A DNA stretch of 64,000 nucleotides from Camelus dromedarius (Eukaryota), in assembly GCF_036321535.1 (NCBI RefSeq), contig NC_087436.1:8990001-9054000 (forward strand), read 5' to 3'. Under the pieces are notes generated by a model, which did not search any database, was not told the origin of the DNA, and was given only the letters and a program-made list of their open reading frames with translations. The first letter of the stretch is position 1, and each line of letters opens with the position of its first letter. A program made the translations under genes and the position numbers. Below, in pieces: positions 50,061-63,039 of the stretch.

Positions 50061-53000
50061 ACCAAACGTTCAGACTATTAATTGGATAGATCTATCTAAT
50101 CTTTAGTAGATTGAGTCATGGGAAAGTTGTTCATTGTTTGGATCTGCATTGGTCATGAGGCTTACTCTGGCCACAGAGATGTCAGTGGAGGTGAAGAAAT
50201 CACGCTTCAATGTCCTTGTTCAGTTGGGCTTATTCTTTCACACTCCTGCCTGTCACCACAAGAAGAATGTGACCTTGAAGAGCTACTGGACCGAGAGAAA
50301 GAGAAATACATAAGGTTGATCTGAACCCAATATATAGCCTAGAGTAAACATATCTGAAGGAGAAATAAATGTTCTTTGTGCATGCAAAGACTGTATGAGA
50401 ATGGAATATATAACATGCATGGATGATCTTTACTTGTAGAAATTTTGGGTTTCAAAAAATAATGATTCTCTAATTTTTCTTTCCTTCCATACTTATTAAC
50501 TTGCCTTTAAAAACTCTCTCTCTCCTTGTTTTTTTATGAGTCTCTATGGATTCAAATATTTTTTATTCAATAGGTTATAATTTATTTACATCATTATTCC
50601 TTTTAAAATTTAAATTATGTCAAACTGTACAGGGGAATGCCCTCACCACTATTGTGTTCCTTGCATATGACCCTGTTGTCTCTGAACACTTCTTTGCTTT
50701 CTGTGATAAGAGCATATTCACTGCTGCCCAGACGTGGGGTCACCCATTTCTCAGAGATCTCTGACCCACGTTAGTGAGAGATGCTCTTTAAACATAGGGA
50801 TGTAGACTCTAGCCTCAGTCTTACTATGGGTGATTGCTTCCAGTCACACTGGAGGACAAAGCTAAGGTTATATACACATATAATTCATGATTTCACACAG
50901 ATGCCTCCAATGCAAATCCAACATTATGCATTTTTCCTACCTAAAGGCCAAACTCTTCCAAGAAAAATTACTTGAATTATTTCCCACCCCACACAAAAAA
51001 AGAAAGAAATAAGAAAGTTTAAGGAACTGACTGCATTGTCAAGAAACAGATGGATTTAAAATGAAACGCTGGGAAAGAAGGAGCAGCTGCTTAAGATCAA
51101 AGAACAAATGACAAGTTACATCCACAGGCACCTGTTCTTTTGTTTTCTTTATTCCTAAACATGGCAGGGTTTTTTTTTTTTTCCTCTCCCCTCCCATTTG
51201 TCTTTTTCTTTGCTCATTATAACTCCCTCCGAACATTTTCATCTTCCCTATCTTTCTTTTTATAGTCTTCAATTTAATCTTTTGTTTCTCATTTGTCATC
51301 TGTAACATGTGGAAATTAGAAGAGAGTGAGTGGTATTTTTTATGCTCTGACTTGGTCTCTAAATTTATCTATTCAAGACACCAGTCCCTTTTCTTACAAA
51401 AAAAAAAAAATCCACAAAAGGAATTTAATAATAAGCCTAATGTGGTTGTACTTTCTTCAAGTAATTTTTGCAAAACTTAGCAAGAATAAAATCTCTGCGC
51501 TTTTTTTTTTTCTGCCAAAAGCAAATGAACACTTTATAGTTCTAAGATATATAATTCCTGAAAAGTCAGTGTAGGAAAAGATTTGAGGAGGCAACCAAGT
51601 AAATCACATGTGTTACCTCTTTACTAAAAGACAGATCTAAAACCCTAGCTCCCGCAATTGAAATTCGCTATCGTGCACAGCACACATTCTACACCAGAAG
51701 TTAGATCCATTAAAAGATAATGAAAATGCTTTACTGTTATAATGCTGATCTGGCATTTTATAGTAACTTTCCCATAAGAAATCAGAGTAGTGAACAGACT
51801 TCCAGAGATTATCTAACAAAGCCCTTTGCTTTTTGATATTCTACAACCCCAAAATGTAACACTTTCATGTTGTCATGACGTTGTTTAATTCAGAATTATT
51901 GATTTAATTCTGGAAGTGTGGGTAACTGTTATAAAATAGCACTTAGACTATATATATGTCAGATTTCTCCCATATTTTCTTCTTATACCCTAGTAATAAG
52001 CCATTATACTTCCTTTTCTTTTCATAATGATATGTAATTATAGTGTCACCTCAGAGCATGTAACTAGTTGATCCAGATGACACTTTGTAGCAATGTAAGT
52101 TTGGATTGTCCCTCTCAGTTCCTTGGAATTGGTTTTCATCTTGACATTTTAGTGTTTAAACATATTCTTTACCTTTTCATTCTTCTTTTTGCATATATAT
52201 GTTAGGCATTAGACATTAAATGAGTTCTTAATTAATATGTACTTTATGTATTTAAATTGAACATTTATATAATGATTGTGAACACAATCAATATATGTCA
52301 AAATCTGTAGATAACCTCAAAGTTGGTCCTGATTTTCTTCAGTTAGAAATAGCTATATGTTGAAATAAAGTATATTTAACTTTTATAAAATCTTCAAAAA
52401 AACCCAAGCTCATTAATTCTGATTGATTTCTCTTTGATTCATGGAAGTTTTAGAGTCCACTTTACGATGCCTGTGGCTCTAGTTGGTACTCAAGATTGAA
52501 TTTGAGCTACAGCAGTTCTGTGGAAGGGCAGGCTCTGATTTTTGAGTATTACCAGTGCCTTCACAAATAGCAACAGAAATGACACCAAACTGAGACCTGG
52601 TCTGGGTCAGGAAAAGAAGATGGGTGAAGACGTCGCCTCGTGAGAATGAACTGCATGGACGGGATCTGCCTGTTGATTTATTTGTTTGGATTAAGACTTG
52701 TTTCCTAGAAATGTTGTGGGTCCTCCTCCCACTGACTGTATTCACAGGAAGTTGAGACCAAATTTGTAAAAATGTCTGTTGTAAGGATGAAGAGGCACCC
52801 AGCAATTAGAAAACAGAAGCGTTCTCTGTGTACAACTGCCATTTCCTACAACACAGCGACCGACATGGAAAACAGAGTTGTGCTTAGGACAGAGAACGTT
52901 CTCCCTCTCCTGGCCCTTTGCTGAATTCTGCAGACTTCTTTGTATTTGTGGCCATATATGTATTAAATATTACTTTGTTTAGGAAATGCTATCCACATAC

Positions 53001-53195
53001 CTTTAAAAGACTGCCTTTTCAAATACCAGAATAATATTTCAGTTGACATCCGTGACATGGAAATAGAGTGTTAATTTATATCCACAGTAATTATGGCCTT
53101 ATATATTCAACTACGGTCCATTTTGATGATAAATTAAGAAAAGTTACAAAAGCAACTGCCACCTTCTTCACTCATTAACTCTTTAGAAAATACTC

Positions 53196-54446
53196 CCCTT
53201 ACACCATACACAAAAATCAACTCAAAATGGATCAAAGACTTAAATATAAGACAATATACAATAAACCTTCTAGAGGAAAATATAGGCAAAACATTATCTG
53301 ACATACATCTCAAAAATTTTCTCCTAGAAGAAATAAAAGCAAGAATAAACAAATGGGACCTAATGAAACTTACAAGCTTCTGAACAGCAAAGGAAACCAG
53401 AAATAAAACAAAAAGACAACCTACGGAATGGGAGAAAATTTTTGCAAGTGAAACCGACAAAGGCTTGATCTCCAGAATATATAAGCAGCTCATACAACTC
53501 AATAAGAAGAAAATAAACAACCCAGTCCAAAAATGGACAGAAGACCTAAACAAGCAATTCTCCAAGGAAGACATACAAATGATCAATAGGCACATGAAAA
53601 AATGCTCACTATCACTAACTATCAGAGAAATGCAAATCAAAACTACAATGAGGTATCACCTCACACCAGTCAGAATGGCCATCATTTGAAAGTCCACAAA
53701 TGACAAATGCTGGAGAGGCTGTGGAGAAAGGGGAACCCTCCTACACTGCTGGTGGGAATGCAGTTTGGTGCAGCCACTGTGGAAAACGGTATGGAGATTC
53801 CTCAAAAGACTAGGAATAAATTTACCGTATGACCCAGGAATCCCACTCCTGGGCTTATATCCAGAAGGAACACTACTTCAGGATGACACCTGCACCCCAA
53901 CGTTCATAGCAGCATTATTTACAGTAGTCAAGGCATGGAAACAGCCTAAATGTCCATCAACAGATGACTGGATAAAGAAGAAGTGGTATATTTATACAAT
54001 GGAATATTATTCAGCCATAAAAACTGACAACATAATGCCATTTGCAGCAACATGGATGTTCCTGGAGAATGTCATTCTAGTGAAGCAAGCCAGAAAGAGA
54101 AAGAAAAAATACCATATGAGATCGCTCATATGTGGAATCTAAAAATAAACAAACAAACAAAGAAACAAAGCATAAATACAGAACAGAAATAGACTCATAG
54201 ACATAGAATACAGACTTGTGGTTGCCAAGGGGGTGGGGGGTGGGAAGAGATAGACTGGGATTTCAAAATTGTAGAATAGATAAACAAGATTATACTGTAT
54301 AGCACAGGGAAATACATACAAGATCTTATGGTAGCTCACAGAGAAAGGAATGTGACAATGAATATATATATGTTCATGTATAATTGAAAAATTGTGCTCT
54401 ACACTGGAATTTGACACAACATTGTAAAATGATTATAAATCAAAAA
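53196..54446 (+). mobile_element. Young 5'-truncated LINE-1 (~1.25 kb)
   Basis: ORF2 C-terminal ORFs 53465-53689 and 53765-54142; TSD aaaatactc at 53187-53195 and 54447-54455. Confidence 0.97.
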
Positions 54447-55989
54447 AAAATACTCATGGCCTACTTCTTAGGACTGCGTAATATTCTTTTGAATTTCTTG
54501 AGAATTTGATATTGCTTACAATACATTAATTGTATTATAACAATAGATAAGATCTATTACAGAAAAAAAGATACTATACTATGCACTCAGTTGCCATCAA
54601 AATACACAGTTCATTCCCCAGATTTTGGAAGCTTCTACAATGTTGTATTATTCAAACGTAACTCAAATACTAAACTTTGGCATTTGAATCTTTGAAAAAA
54701 AAGAGGATATTCTTAGAGCAAGCACTAAGTTAATCAAAAGGATCATGAAACATATCCATTTTGCATGCATTGCACTGACAAATTAGGATAAAACTGGGGG
54801 AAAAACACTTTCAAGAAGGTTTTTACAACATGCAAAAGAATGATCTCTTAAGGAAACCACACATTGTACACATCAATTGTAAGGGGTATATTTTTCAAAA
54901 CTTGTGTCTGTGGTTTGAGATTCACAGTTGCTATTTTAGCATTCATGTGAAATGTTTCAAGTCTTAGAGAGTTTTAAATATCTATACATTTCATGAAAAT
55001 TACAGAGGAAGGATTAAAATTGGAACTCAGGACATTCATTTACACATCAAGAGTATGAGATCTATCTTATTCATTTACTCCAGGATCATATTGTTTACCA
55101 GTTTAACTTTGGGGCATGCAAAACAAACTTCTTAAAACCACAGAATACAAAATCACATAATTTGGATTAAAATATGCTGTCATGGTTAATCTCATGTAAT
55201 TGACAAGCATCCCTAGAAAAATTTCTTATAAAATAACTTCAGAGTCGACCTCCCTGTAAAACTGTTCTCTTCTATTTCCTTTTACTCTTTTTCAAGACAA
55301 TACCCAAGGTCTAAATCCTTTCATTTTCGTATCTAATAAACATATTTCCCCTAAAGTTTTCATAATGAAGTTTAGAGGAATTCTACTCTAAATAATACAA
55401 TATTCTATAACATTGTGAAAAATATTTAACTCCTATTTTATATCCCATACCATGCTATTTTAAAATGTGTGTTTCTCTCTACTCTTTTTTTTAAATTTCT
55501 AGAGTCAAAATTACCAAGAATGTTTTTCTAACCAAGTAATAGGTAAAGTGAAATAGATAAAATCAATTAGGGTTACATGCTTCAAGTTCATCTTCTGCAA
55601 TTCTTTACTTTTTTTTCTTTTTCTCTGAGGTTTTCTGCTATAGATTTCACCTCACTTTTTGATATTTCAAACACTTATTCTTGACAGATACTATATCAAT
55701 AATTAGCACTTAAGTGTGAATGTTTTACCTTTATTAATACGATAAAAATATTTCTTAATTTGCCAACTGTTTGTAGGTAAAACTTAATAAGGAGGATTAA
55801 CAAGTATAGCAGAAATAATCCTACTCACTTTAGAATCAGGTTTCTGTAATGCTATTAACTGTTTTTAACTGACTTTTGTTTCCAGATCCTCAGTTATTTC
55901 CAAATGATTACAATAATATTAACGATAATCAATTGTCCTTATTTTAATATTAAAGAATACGATCAAAAGATCGTAGTGTGTTCACTACT

Positions 55990-56230
55990 CCAGCAATGGT
56001 TCTGCAAATTTGATCATGTATCAAAAAAACTAGGACAGCTTTTATTTTATTTTTTCACCCTGTGCTATACAGTAGAAACTTGGTGTTAGGACAGCTTTTA
56101 CAAAACTAGATTCTTTGGCCCCTTCTCAGAACCACTAAATCAAAATCTTGAGTAACAGGTTAAAGAGTCACTCTCTCTTCCTCTCTCTCTAACATTTTTC
56201 TGAGTGATTCTTACATTTACCCAAGATTAC
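55990..56230. mobile_element. MER5A-like hAT-Charlie relic
   Basis: cagcaatggttctgcaaatttg...gattctttggccccttctcagaaccactaaatcaaaatct...gtgattctta. Confidence 0.55.
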
Positions 56231-56417
56231 TTTACTTGTAAACCAAATACGCCCTCAGAATTGTTTAAATGTACTGTTGCTTTCATATCTCATTATAAAA
56301 CAACAACTATATTTTAAGGTTCTACAATCTCACTATCAAGGATATTAACATTCTGGAAACTTCATGAAAAACTGTTTTTTTGTTAGCAAGAATATCTTAT
56401 AAAATGTATTTTTATTG

Positions 56418-56550
56418 AAACATCTTATAGTAACTTATGGTTAAAAAGAATATGAAAATGAATACATGTATGTTCCTATATGACTGAAGTATCGTTCTGT
56501 ATACCAGAAATTGACACAACATTGTAAACTGACTATACTTCACTAAAAAA
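56418..56550 (+). mobile_element. Short L1 3' UTR tail
   Basis: cttatagtaacttatggttaaaaagaatatg...ccagaaattgacacaacattgtaaactgactatacttca plus A tail. Confidence 0.85.
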
Positions 56551-56663
56551 GCTTTATTAACGTTATGAATCACTTTAAGAAATAGTGCACATTTTGGGAA
56601 AAACTTCATTTGTAAGACCAATTTGTGGTTTACCCAATTATTCCATCTATTAATATTGCATGA

Positions 56664-57125
56664 TGTGGACAAAAAAATTTGACTGGCATTTCAGTAAATG
56701 ATGAGCATTACCTGCCATCAAGCCATCAGGCACTGCAGTGCCCCACCCTCTGCCAATCCCCCAACATGGTGCCCCCTGAGGGGACTCAGGATGGAGAAAA
56801 ACAGGGTTCTGTCCCTAGATGGTTAAGACGCATATCAAAGGAAGGATTTTAATGAGCCCAGACCCTTGCATCTTCCTGTACATCCAAAAACACCAAAGTC
56901 ATTGACGTGTGATGTCCTTTTCGTGATTAGCAGCAATCTTTTGATGTTCAGCTACATATTTTTTTTTTTTTTCAGCAAAAACTCCTCTATCTCCTGGCTC
57001 CTCCCTTAGCTCTTACAAGTTCCTTGGAACAGTCTGAGAGGCTGGATCCCAAGCCATGGTCCTCAGCAAAGCCACCAAATTAGACATAATTCTCAAATTT
57101 GAGGTCGTGGGTTTTGTTGTTGACA
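56664..57125 (+). mobile_element. Solo ERV1 LTR, same family as 24313-24788
   Basis: TG...CA termini; flanks ATGA/ATGG; shared blocks tggtgccc-ctgaggggactcag, ccctagatgg, aatgagccca, tctgagaggctg. Confidence 0.85.
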
Positions 57126-57559
57126 ATGGTTTCACCACACATTTAAGTTGTAAATACAAATAAATTTGTTTCTGAATCAAGTAACTTTCTTAAAAATATA
57201 ATTGACTTAGAATTTCATCGAAATAAAGACTAGCTAAACTTTTTGATTATGATGGTGGATTTAATTTTGAACGCACCTATAATTTTAAATATCCATATAT
57301 CACTAGGTAAACACTTAATATCACTTAGTTTTGATGGCACCTTATACTTGCCTTCTCAAAAATTAAATGAGATTGAAATTATTGGAGGGAAGGGAAGTGT
57401 AATTCTATGAATATCTGCATACAGATTATCTATTGTTACCCACATGCCTGCATCCTATGTATATCTAATAATTTGAATGCTATGTAGCTATGCATATAAA
57501 CCATATTATTTAAATATGCATTCCTTTGAGAGGTAATGTCCTCTTAAAACTACTTTCTC

Positions 57560-57862
57560 TAGTATTACTTCGCCTAGTATTACATGTGTAACTGTCACAA
57601 TTTATTTAAACATCACCTCTTTGTAAAGTTTTTCACATTTTTCCCCTGCAAATGCCACTGTGCTCCTCTCAGGCTCCAAAAGGCTTTTGGACCAAACATA
57701 ATTCAGTCACATTATGATTTTTTGGAACACATTTTCCCCTTAGAATATGAAGTATTTGAAAGTAGGGCATGGGAACTTTAACAATTGCTGCCTTAGGTTT
57801 TACCAAAGGTCACGGTATTTGTAAACACTACATAAATATTTGTGTAAAGAACGAAGAGTGAA
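57560..57862 (+). mobile_element. L2 3' end fragment
   Basis: cttagaatatgaagtatttgaaagtaggg...cataaatatttgtgtaaagaacgaa. Confidence 0.5.
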
Positions 57863-60563
57863 AGACATTAGAGGAATAAATGTCCTGCCTAAATGAGTTT
57901 TTAAAGTTAATAATTGAGGGATTTTGCAGTTGTTTCCAATGCAGAAATAGCTTCATTGACGTCTTAGTTTCTAGAATGAGATGACTGAATGGAGGCCAGA
58001 TTTTTCAGCAGAAAAGCTTTCTGAAAAGTAGAGGGTGTGAGGTGATGGACAGACAGAGGCCAGAAAGAAGGGTGGATGGAAATATCGTGCCTGGCATTCC
58101 TGGTTCCAGTCTGCCTTTAGTTCTTTCTGTCTAAGTAACCGCTGAAGACAAGAATCAGATGTAACTTATGAAATTTGGGGAATTAACTACAGATCAATCA
58201 TAAGCCTTGAAAGATGAACCCTAAAAACATGATATTTGGATACTAAAAGTTGTGAAACTGGCTTTGGCGCCTGAGGGAGAGAGGAGCCTTGACCTTCAGT
58301 CATTCCAGGGGGCACACACACAATGAAAACCTTCCAGCCCCAACCTCTCCCCTTCTCCACCCCTCCTATTCCCTCATCAAGCCCATGCATTAAATTTTAT
58401 GCAGAGGAAACCTGATCCAAAACACAATCCCGGTTTCTTTTTGTATTACCTCTATCTTTCTGCCTTATGGCTCACAGAGGTTTTGTTACAGTGGTGGCTG
58501 AATTTATTTGTCTTCACAGAATCATTTCTGTAACCCAAATAAGTGTGTCTCTTCCAGTTGGTTTTCAGAGACAGTAACAAAGTAGTGAGGAAGATATTTT
58601 GGAAAGGCAGGAAAAGGAGAAAAAAGTTTTTACATACTTAAAGGATTTAAGTAGGCTTCTAAATCTTAAGTAACAATTTAAATACTATATAATATGAGAA
58701 TTCAGTGAATTTACCAAGCCTAACAGATGAAGTCAGAATTAGAAGGAATATTCCTACTCAAAGACTCCAAAAAGTTCTAACTTGCAGGCTGAAACTTGCT
58801 AACAGAGAAGGACTTCATAACTGAGTGTACCTTTAATTAAAATAATCCCTCTGCAAGAGGTTGGCCACCTTCAGCTTGGCTTTGAGAGGTCAATAAAGCT
58901 TAGACTAACAAACCGTATTAAAATTCAGGATTTGCCTGCTCCAACTTATTTATCACTTTACAGACTTAAAAAGTGAACCTAAGAGAAGGAAAGAAATTTA
59001 ACTCTAAGGCATTTCAGTTGGAAATTTTAAACTAAGGGTAAAAAGAGCAAACTAGACATTTTATTGAATGAGAATATGCACGATTGAATTAAAAGCCACT
59101 AAAAGAGCAACAGAGGAAACTCAACGACAGTTGAAAGATGCTTCTAGTATCAAATTAGCTGTAGCATGTTCTTTTGATTTCACAAAATTGGAAAAGGTAA
59201 ATAGAATCTCCAGAAAGTGGGCAAGTTTCATCTCAGGAGGTAATTAACAAGATTTCTCTGTTTTCATGGCCTACAAACCCCAAAATATAGAGGTCACAAA
59301 TAACCAAGCAGACAAAGGGATCTCTTGTATTTAGGCTGATAGAGTCACTGAAAACAGAAGATGGAACATTTACAAACAAAACGGTGATACAGAGCAAAGC
59401 AACACCAAAAAATCCAGAATGTGTGTAAATAAATTATAGTGACAGTGCTTCCCAAAGAGATGCTCAATCTCAAAAGGAAGAAAATTCTATAGAAAATAAA
59501 GCTTGAAAAATAATTTATTAACTAAAAACTGCCATATTATAATTTTCAAAAGACGCTAGCTGGCTTTATTAAAATATGAGAATCTCAACACCCAGGAAGG
59601 CAAACTCCTTCAACGCATACACTTTTGAAATTAAAAAAAAGTCAAGAATATGATGAAACTACTGAAAAGTTCTTTCCTCATGCATCCAAAAGTTTATGAA
59701 CAAAAGATGTTATTTCTTAGATATTTTAGTTTTTTCCCTTTTCTGGTGAAGTTTTAAAAATTAAGCTATATATAAAACGTTAAGTCAGTTTTTAATTGAA
59801 AGTTGCAGCAGAACTAATTCTAATAATGAAATAATCCCTGACAGCAAGTCTTTGAATCATTAGAGGATTTCCAGACAATTTCTTATGAATGCAAACAAGA
59901 TAATCATAGAAGTGTGTATCAAGTAGCCCTTTCTTCAAACACTAGTGGTCATGCATATTCAACAGAATGCAAATATTGACTTTTCTGATAGCAAGTGGAT
60001 CAGATTGAAACGTGTCTGCTGGGGAACTGTAATCATTCTGCGGAATGTGGCCATGACCTTCACACCCTCTATGCCGAGGATGTATTCCACTTGAATCTCT
60101 GATTCTGCTAACCTTTAAACAGTTTCCACAACTTGAGAAATAAAACAGACATCTGGAAAAGGGCAGTCTTTGCCAGCACAGTAAAGGCTTGGAAGAAATC
60201 AACGGGCCTCGCTCGTGTCTCGTAATGTTTCTCGGGAGATCCAAGCCAAAAAAGCCTAAGGTTGCAATTGACTTCTCAAAAAGACAAAGTGCACGTGAAA
60301 AGCTTTCCTTCTCTGAGTAAACTGAGAAGAGAATAGAAAAGGTCAGCCAATTGTATGCTAAATAATCAATAACTACTGGAAATATACTAGTCAGATTAAA
60401 GTATTTAATGTTTCAAGGAGGAAAATACCCTAGTACTTTTCAATCAAGATATTGTTAAAAATATTACAGCATGTTTCACATTTCATGAACATGGACTTAT
60501 CATGCTCCAAATACCAGTTAAAGCAGAGCTATAGAATCAAAGCTTAAAAAATATGGCTAACTG

Positions 60564-60634
60564 GACTGGGACATAGTGCTGTACACCAGAAACTGACACA
60601 TTGTAACTGACTACATACATCAATTAAAATTTTT
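60564..60634 (+). mobile_element. 71-bp L1 3'-terminal insertion
   Basis: Perfect 17-bp TSD aaaaatatggctaactg at 60547-60563 and 60635-60651. Confidence 0.9.
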
Positions 60635-61084
60635 AAAAATATGGCTAACTGTATATTGACTTTTATCCATGTGTTCTAACAAGGTAAAAACAAGCACTAC
60701 CTCATTGAAATATTAAATGCATTACGTGCCAGTCCAATGTCAAAAGGTTACTTACAGCATGATTTCATTCATCTGTTACCCTGAAGAGGTGACATACAGG
60801 GACAGAAATGACATCAACGGGGAAGGTTTGGCTTTGGGGGAAAAGCATGAGGGAGTATGTTTAGCTGATGGATCTGTCTAGTGTCTTGATTTTGGTGGCA
60901 ATTTCAAGATGCTAAACAGGTCTTAAAACTCATAGATTTGTGCATAAAAATAGGAAGTAAGACATTTAATTATATGTGTGTGGATAGAGAGAGATTTAGG
61001 CATAGATATTGACATAGATATTATTAGATATCTATTCATATATCTCTTGATTGTGTTGATAAGCCTTGTATGTATGAATATATT

Positions 61085-61505
61085 GTCAAACTCATAGAGC
61101 AAATCTTCCACATAGATGTTTACAGAAGCTTTATTCATAATAGTCAAAACTTGGAAGCACCCAATGTGTCCTTCAGTAGGGGTATGGATAAATAAACTAT
61201 GGTCCATCCAGACAATGGATTATTAATCAGCACTAAAAAGAAATAAGTTATCAAGCCATGAAAAGATAAGGAGGAAATTTAAATGCATATTACTAAACAG
61301 AAAAAGCCAGCCAGTCTTAGAAGGCTACACACTGTATGATTCTAACTGTATAAATCTGGAAAAGGCATAACTGTAGAGACACTAAAAAGATGAGTGATTG
61401 TCAAGGGTTACAGGGGAGCAAGGGATGTACAGGCAGAGCACAGAGGAATTTTACAGCAGTGAAAACACTCTGTATGAAACCTTAATGGTGGATAAATGTT
61501 ATTTT
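61085..61505 (+). mobile_element. Old L1MB/MC-type 3' end
   Basis: gatgtttacagaagctttattcataatagtcaaaacttggaagcaccc...aaggctacacactgtatgattc. Confidence 0.85.
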
Positions 61506-62462
61506 AAAAAACCCTCATAAACACCCATAACTGAATTATACCTTGATAAACTTTTGAAATTATATTACACGCATTTAGATGTATAGGAAATAACTTTGGA
61601 GACGCTATTGCTAGAAATTAAAGTCAAATTCAAATATTCAAAATAAAACCCCAAGAGGAAATTCAGATACTTTACAGTCTGGTGGCTCCTGTTCTAACAA
61701 GTGATGATGGTTTCTTGTTCAGTCCACTGTGTTTTAAGAATGTAGACAATATAAACCATCTTAAAGCAGTTTCTATGTGACTGTCATTTCATAATAAGAT
61801 TATAATATGCTGGATTTTTGGCAGGAAAGATATATTGGGCTACATACAAAACGCCTTCTTTATCAAAACACTTGAAGCAGAAGTACTCAATTTTGTTTAT
61901 TTTTTTGTTTTTTGATGCATTTTCAAAGAAAATGATGTTATAAAATTAAGATCAATAAAGTTACTTAAATTTTAAACACTTTAAATATGAATAAATTATT
62001 AAGTGATACTTTCTTAAGAACATAAGTATGATAAAATTTTGTTAATCTAAAAAATAAAAATATATCAATTATTCTTCTTTTATAAATTTACATATAAATT
62101 ATACAACTATTATGTAAATTTCTTTTTATTACAACTCATTAAGAAATGCAATGAGAAACACAAACAGATGTCAAAATTTATAGGATGATAAGTACTACAC
62201 TGAAAGGGTATTTAGCTTTTATCTTAAAGTTCAATCTTGTTCTTTTCCTGAGTACACATTTTTAGCTTAATTCCTTATGAAGCATCATAATGCTAGTTAA
62301 AAATGAATTGAATTGACAACTCGCTCCTAAGCGCCTTCCAGTGAATGAAATATGTGAGATTCAGTGAATGAAAAAGTTTCAGATTGAATCATAGCTGCCA
62401 AATGGTCACTCTTTCTAGCTAGGTGTTAGGTGTGCATGCCCAAACTTGCTGTCTCCACTTAC

Positions 62463-62521
62463 CTAGAAATCAGGATAGAGCAGTGACTTGCAGCATGTTA
62501 GCAGTGGGGTCCCAGAAGTGA
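62463..62521 (-). other. Candidate 59-bp exon, minus-strand transcript
   Basis: Minus strand tttttttttctaataaagccttttccattcag|TCA...TAG|gtaagt; stop codons in all three frames. Confidence 0.35.
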
Positions 62522-63039
62522 CTGAATGGAAAAGGCTTTATTAGAAAAAAAAATTCTCCAGATGTGGACCAAATTCCCAACACTAATTTCCTAGCAAAAC
62601 TTATTACACTGTTATTGATTTGGAAAAACCATCAAGGCATACAAATAAAAGGACTATTAATATATTCAAATGGAAAATACTACATCTTGATTTTATATAA
62701 TTTTGCATTTTATTTTCATGTAAGTCAGTTCACATAATGCATTGGTATATCTAATACCTACTGAATAATCAATGTTGTTTTATAATCTGCACCCAATTTT
62801 ATACCTAGGATAACTAATCTTTGGGAAAGCAGAAAAAAACTGAGAAGAAGAAACTTCTTGAAGAAGTTGGAGTACCAAAGTTGTGAACCCATTCAGTGGC
62901 TCCAGCACCGACTATCCTCAACTCTATGTATGTCCTTTCTCTCACTAAGTTCAACATTTCTAATGGAAGATTATTATTTGGAGAGACTTTTTCAAGTCTT
63001 CAATCAAATATTTAAAGATAGAAATATAAGGCAAGCCCT

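Noticed and set aside
53134..53640. 168-aa hydrophobic minus-strand ORF
   Set aside because: Typical antisense reading of L1 ORF2.
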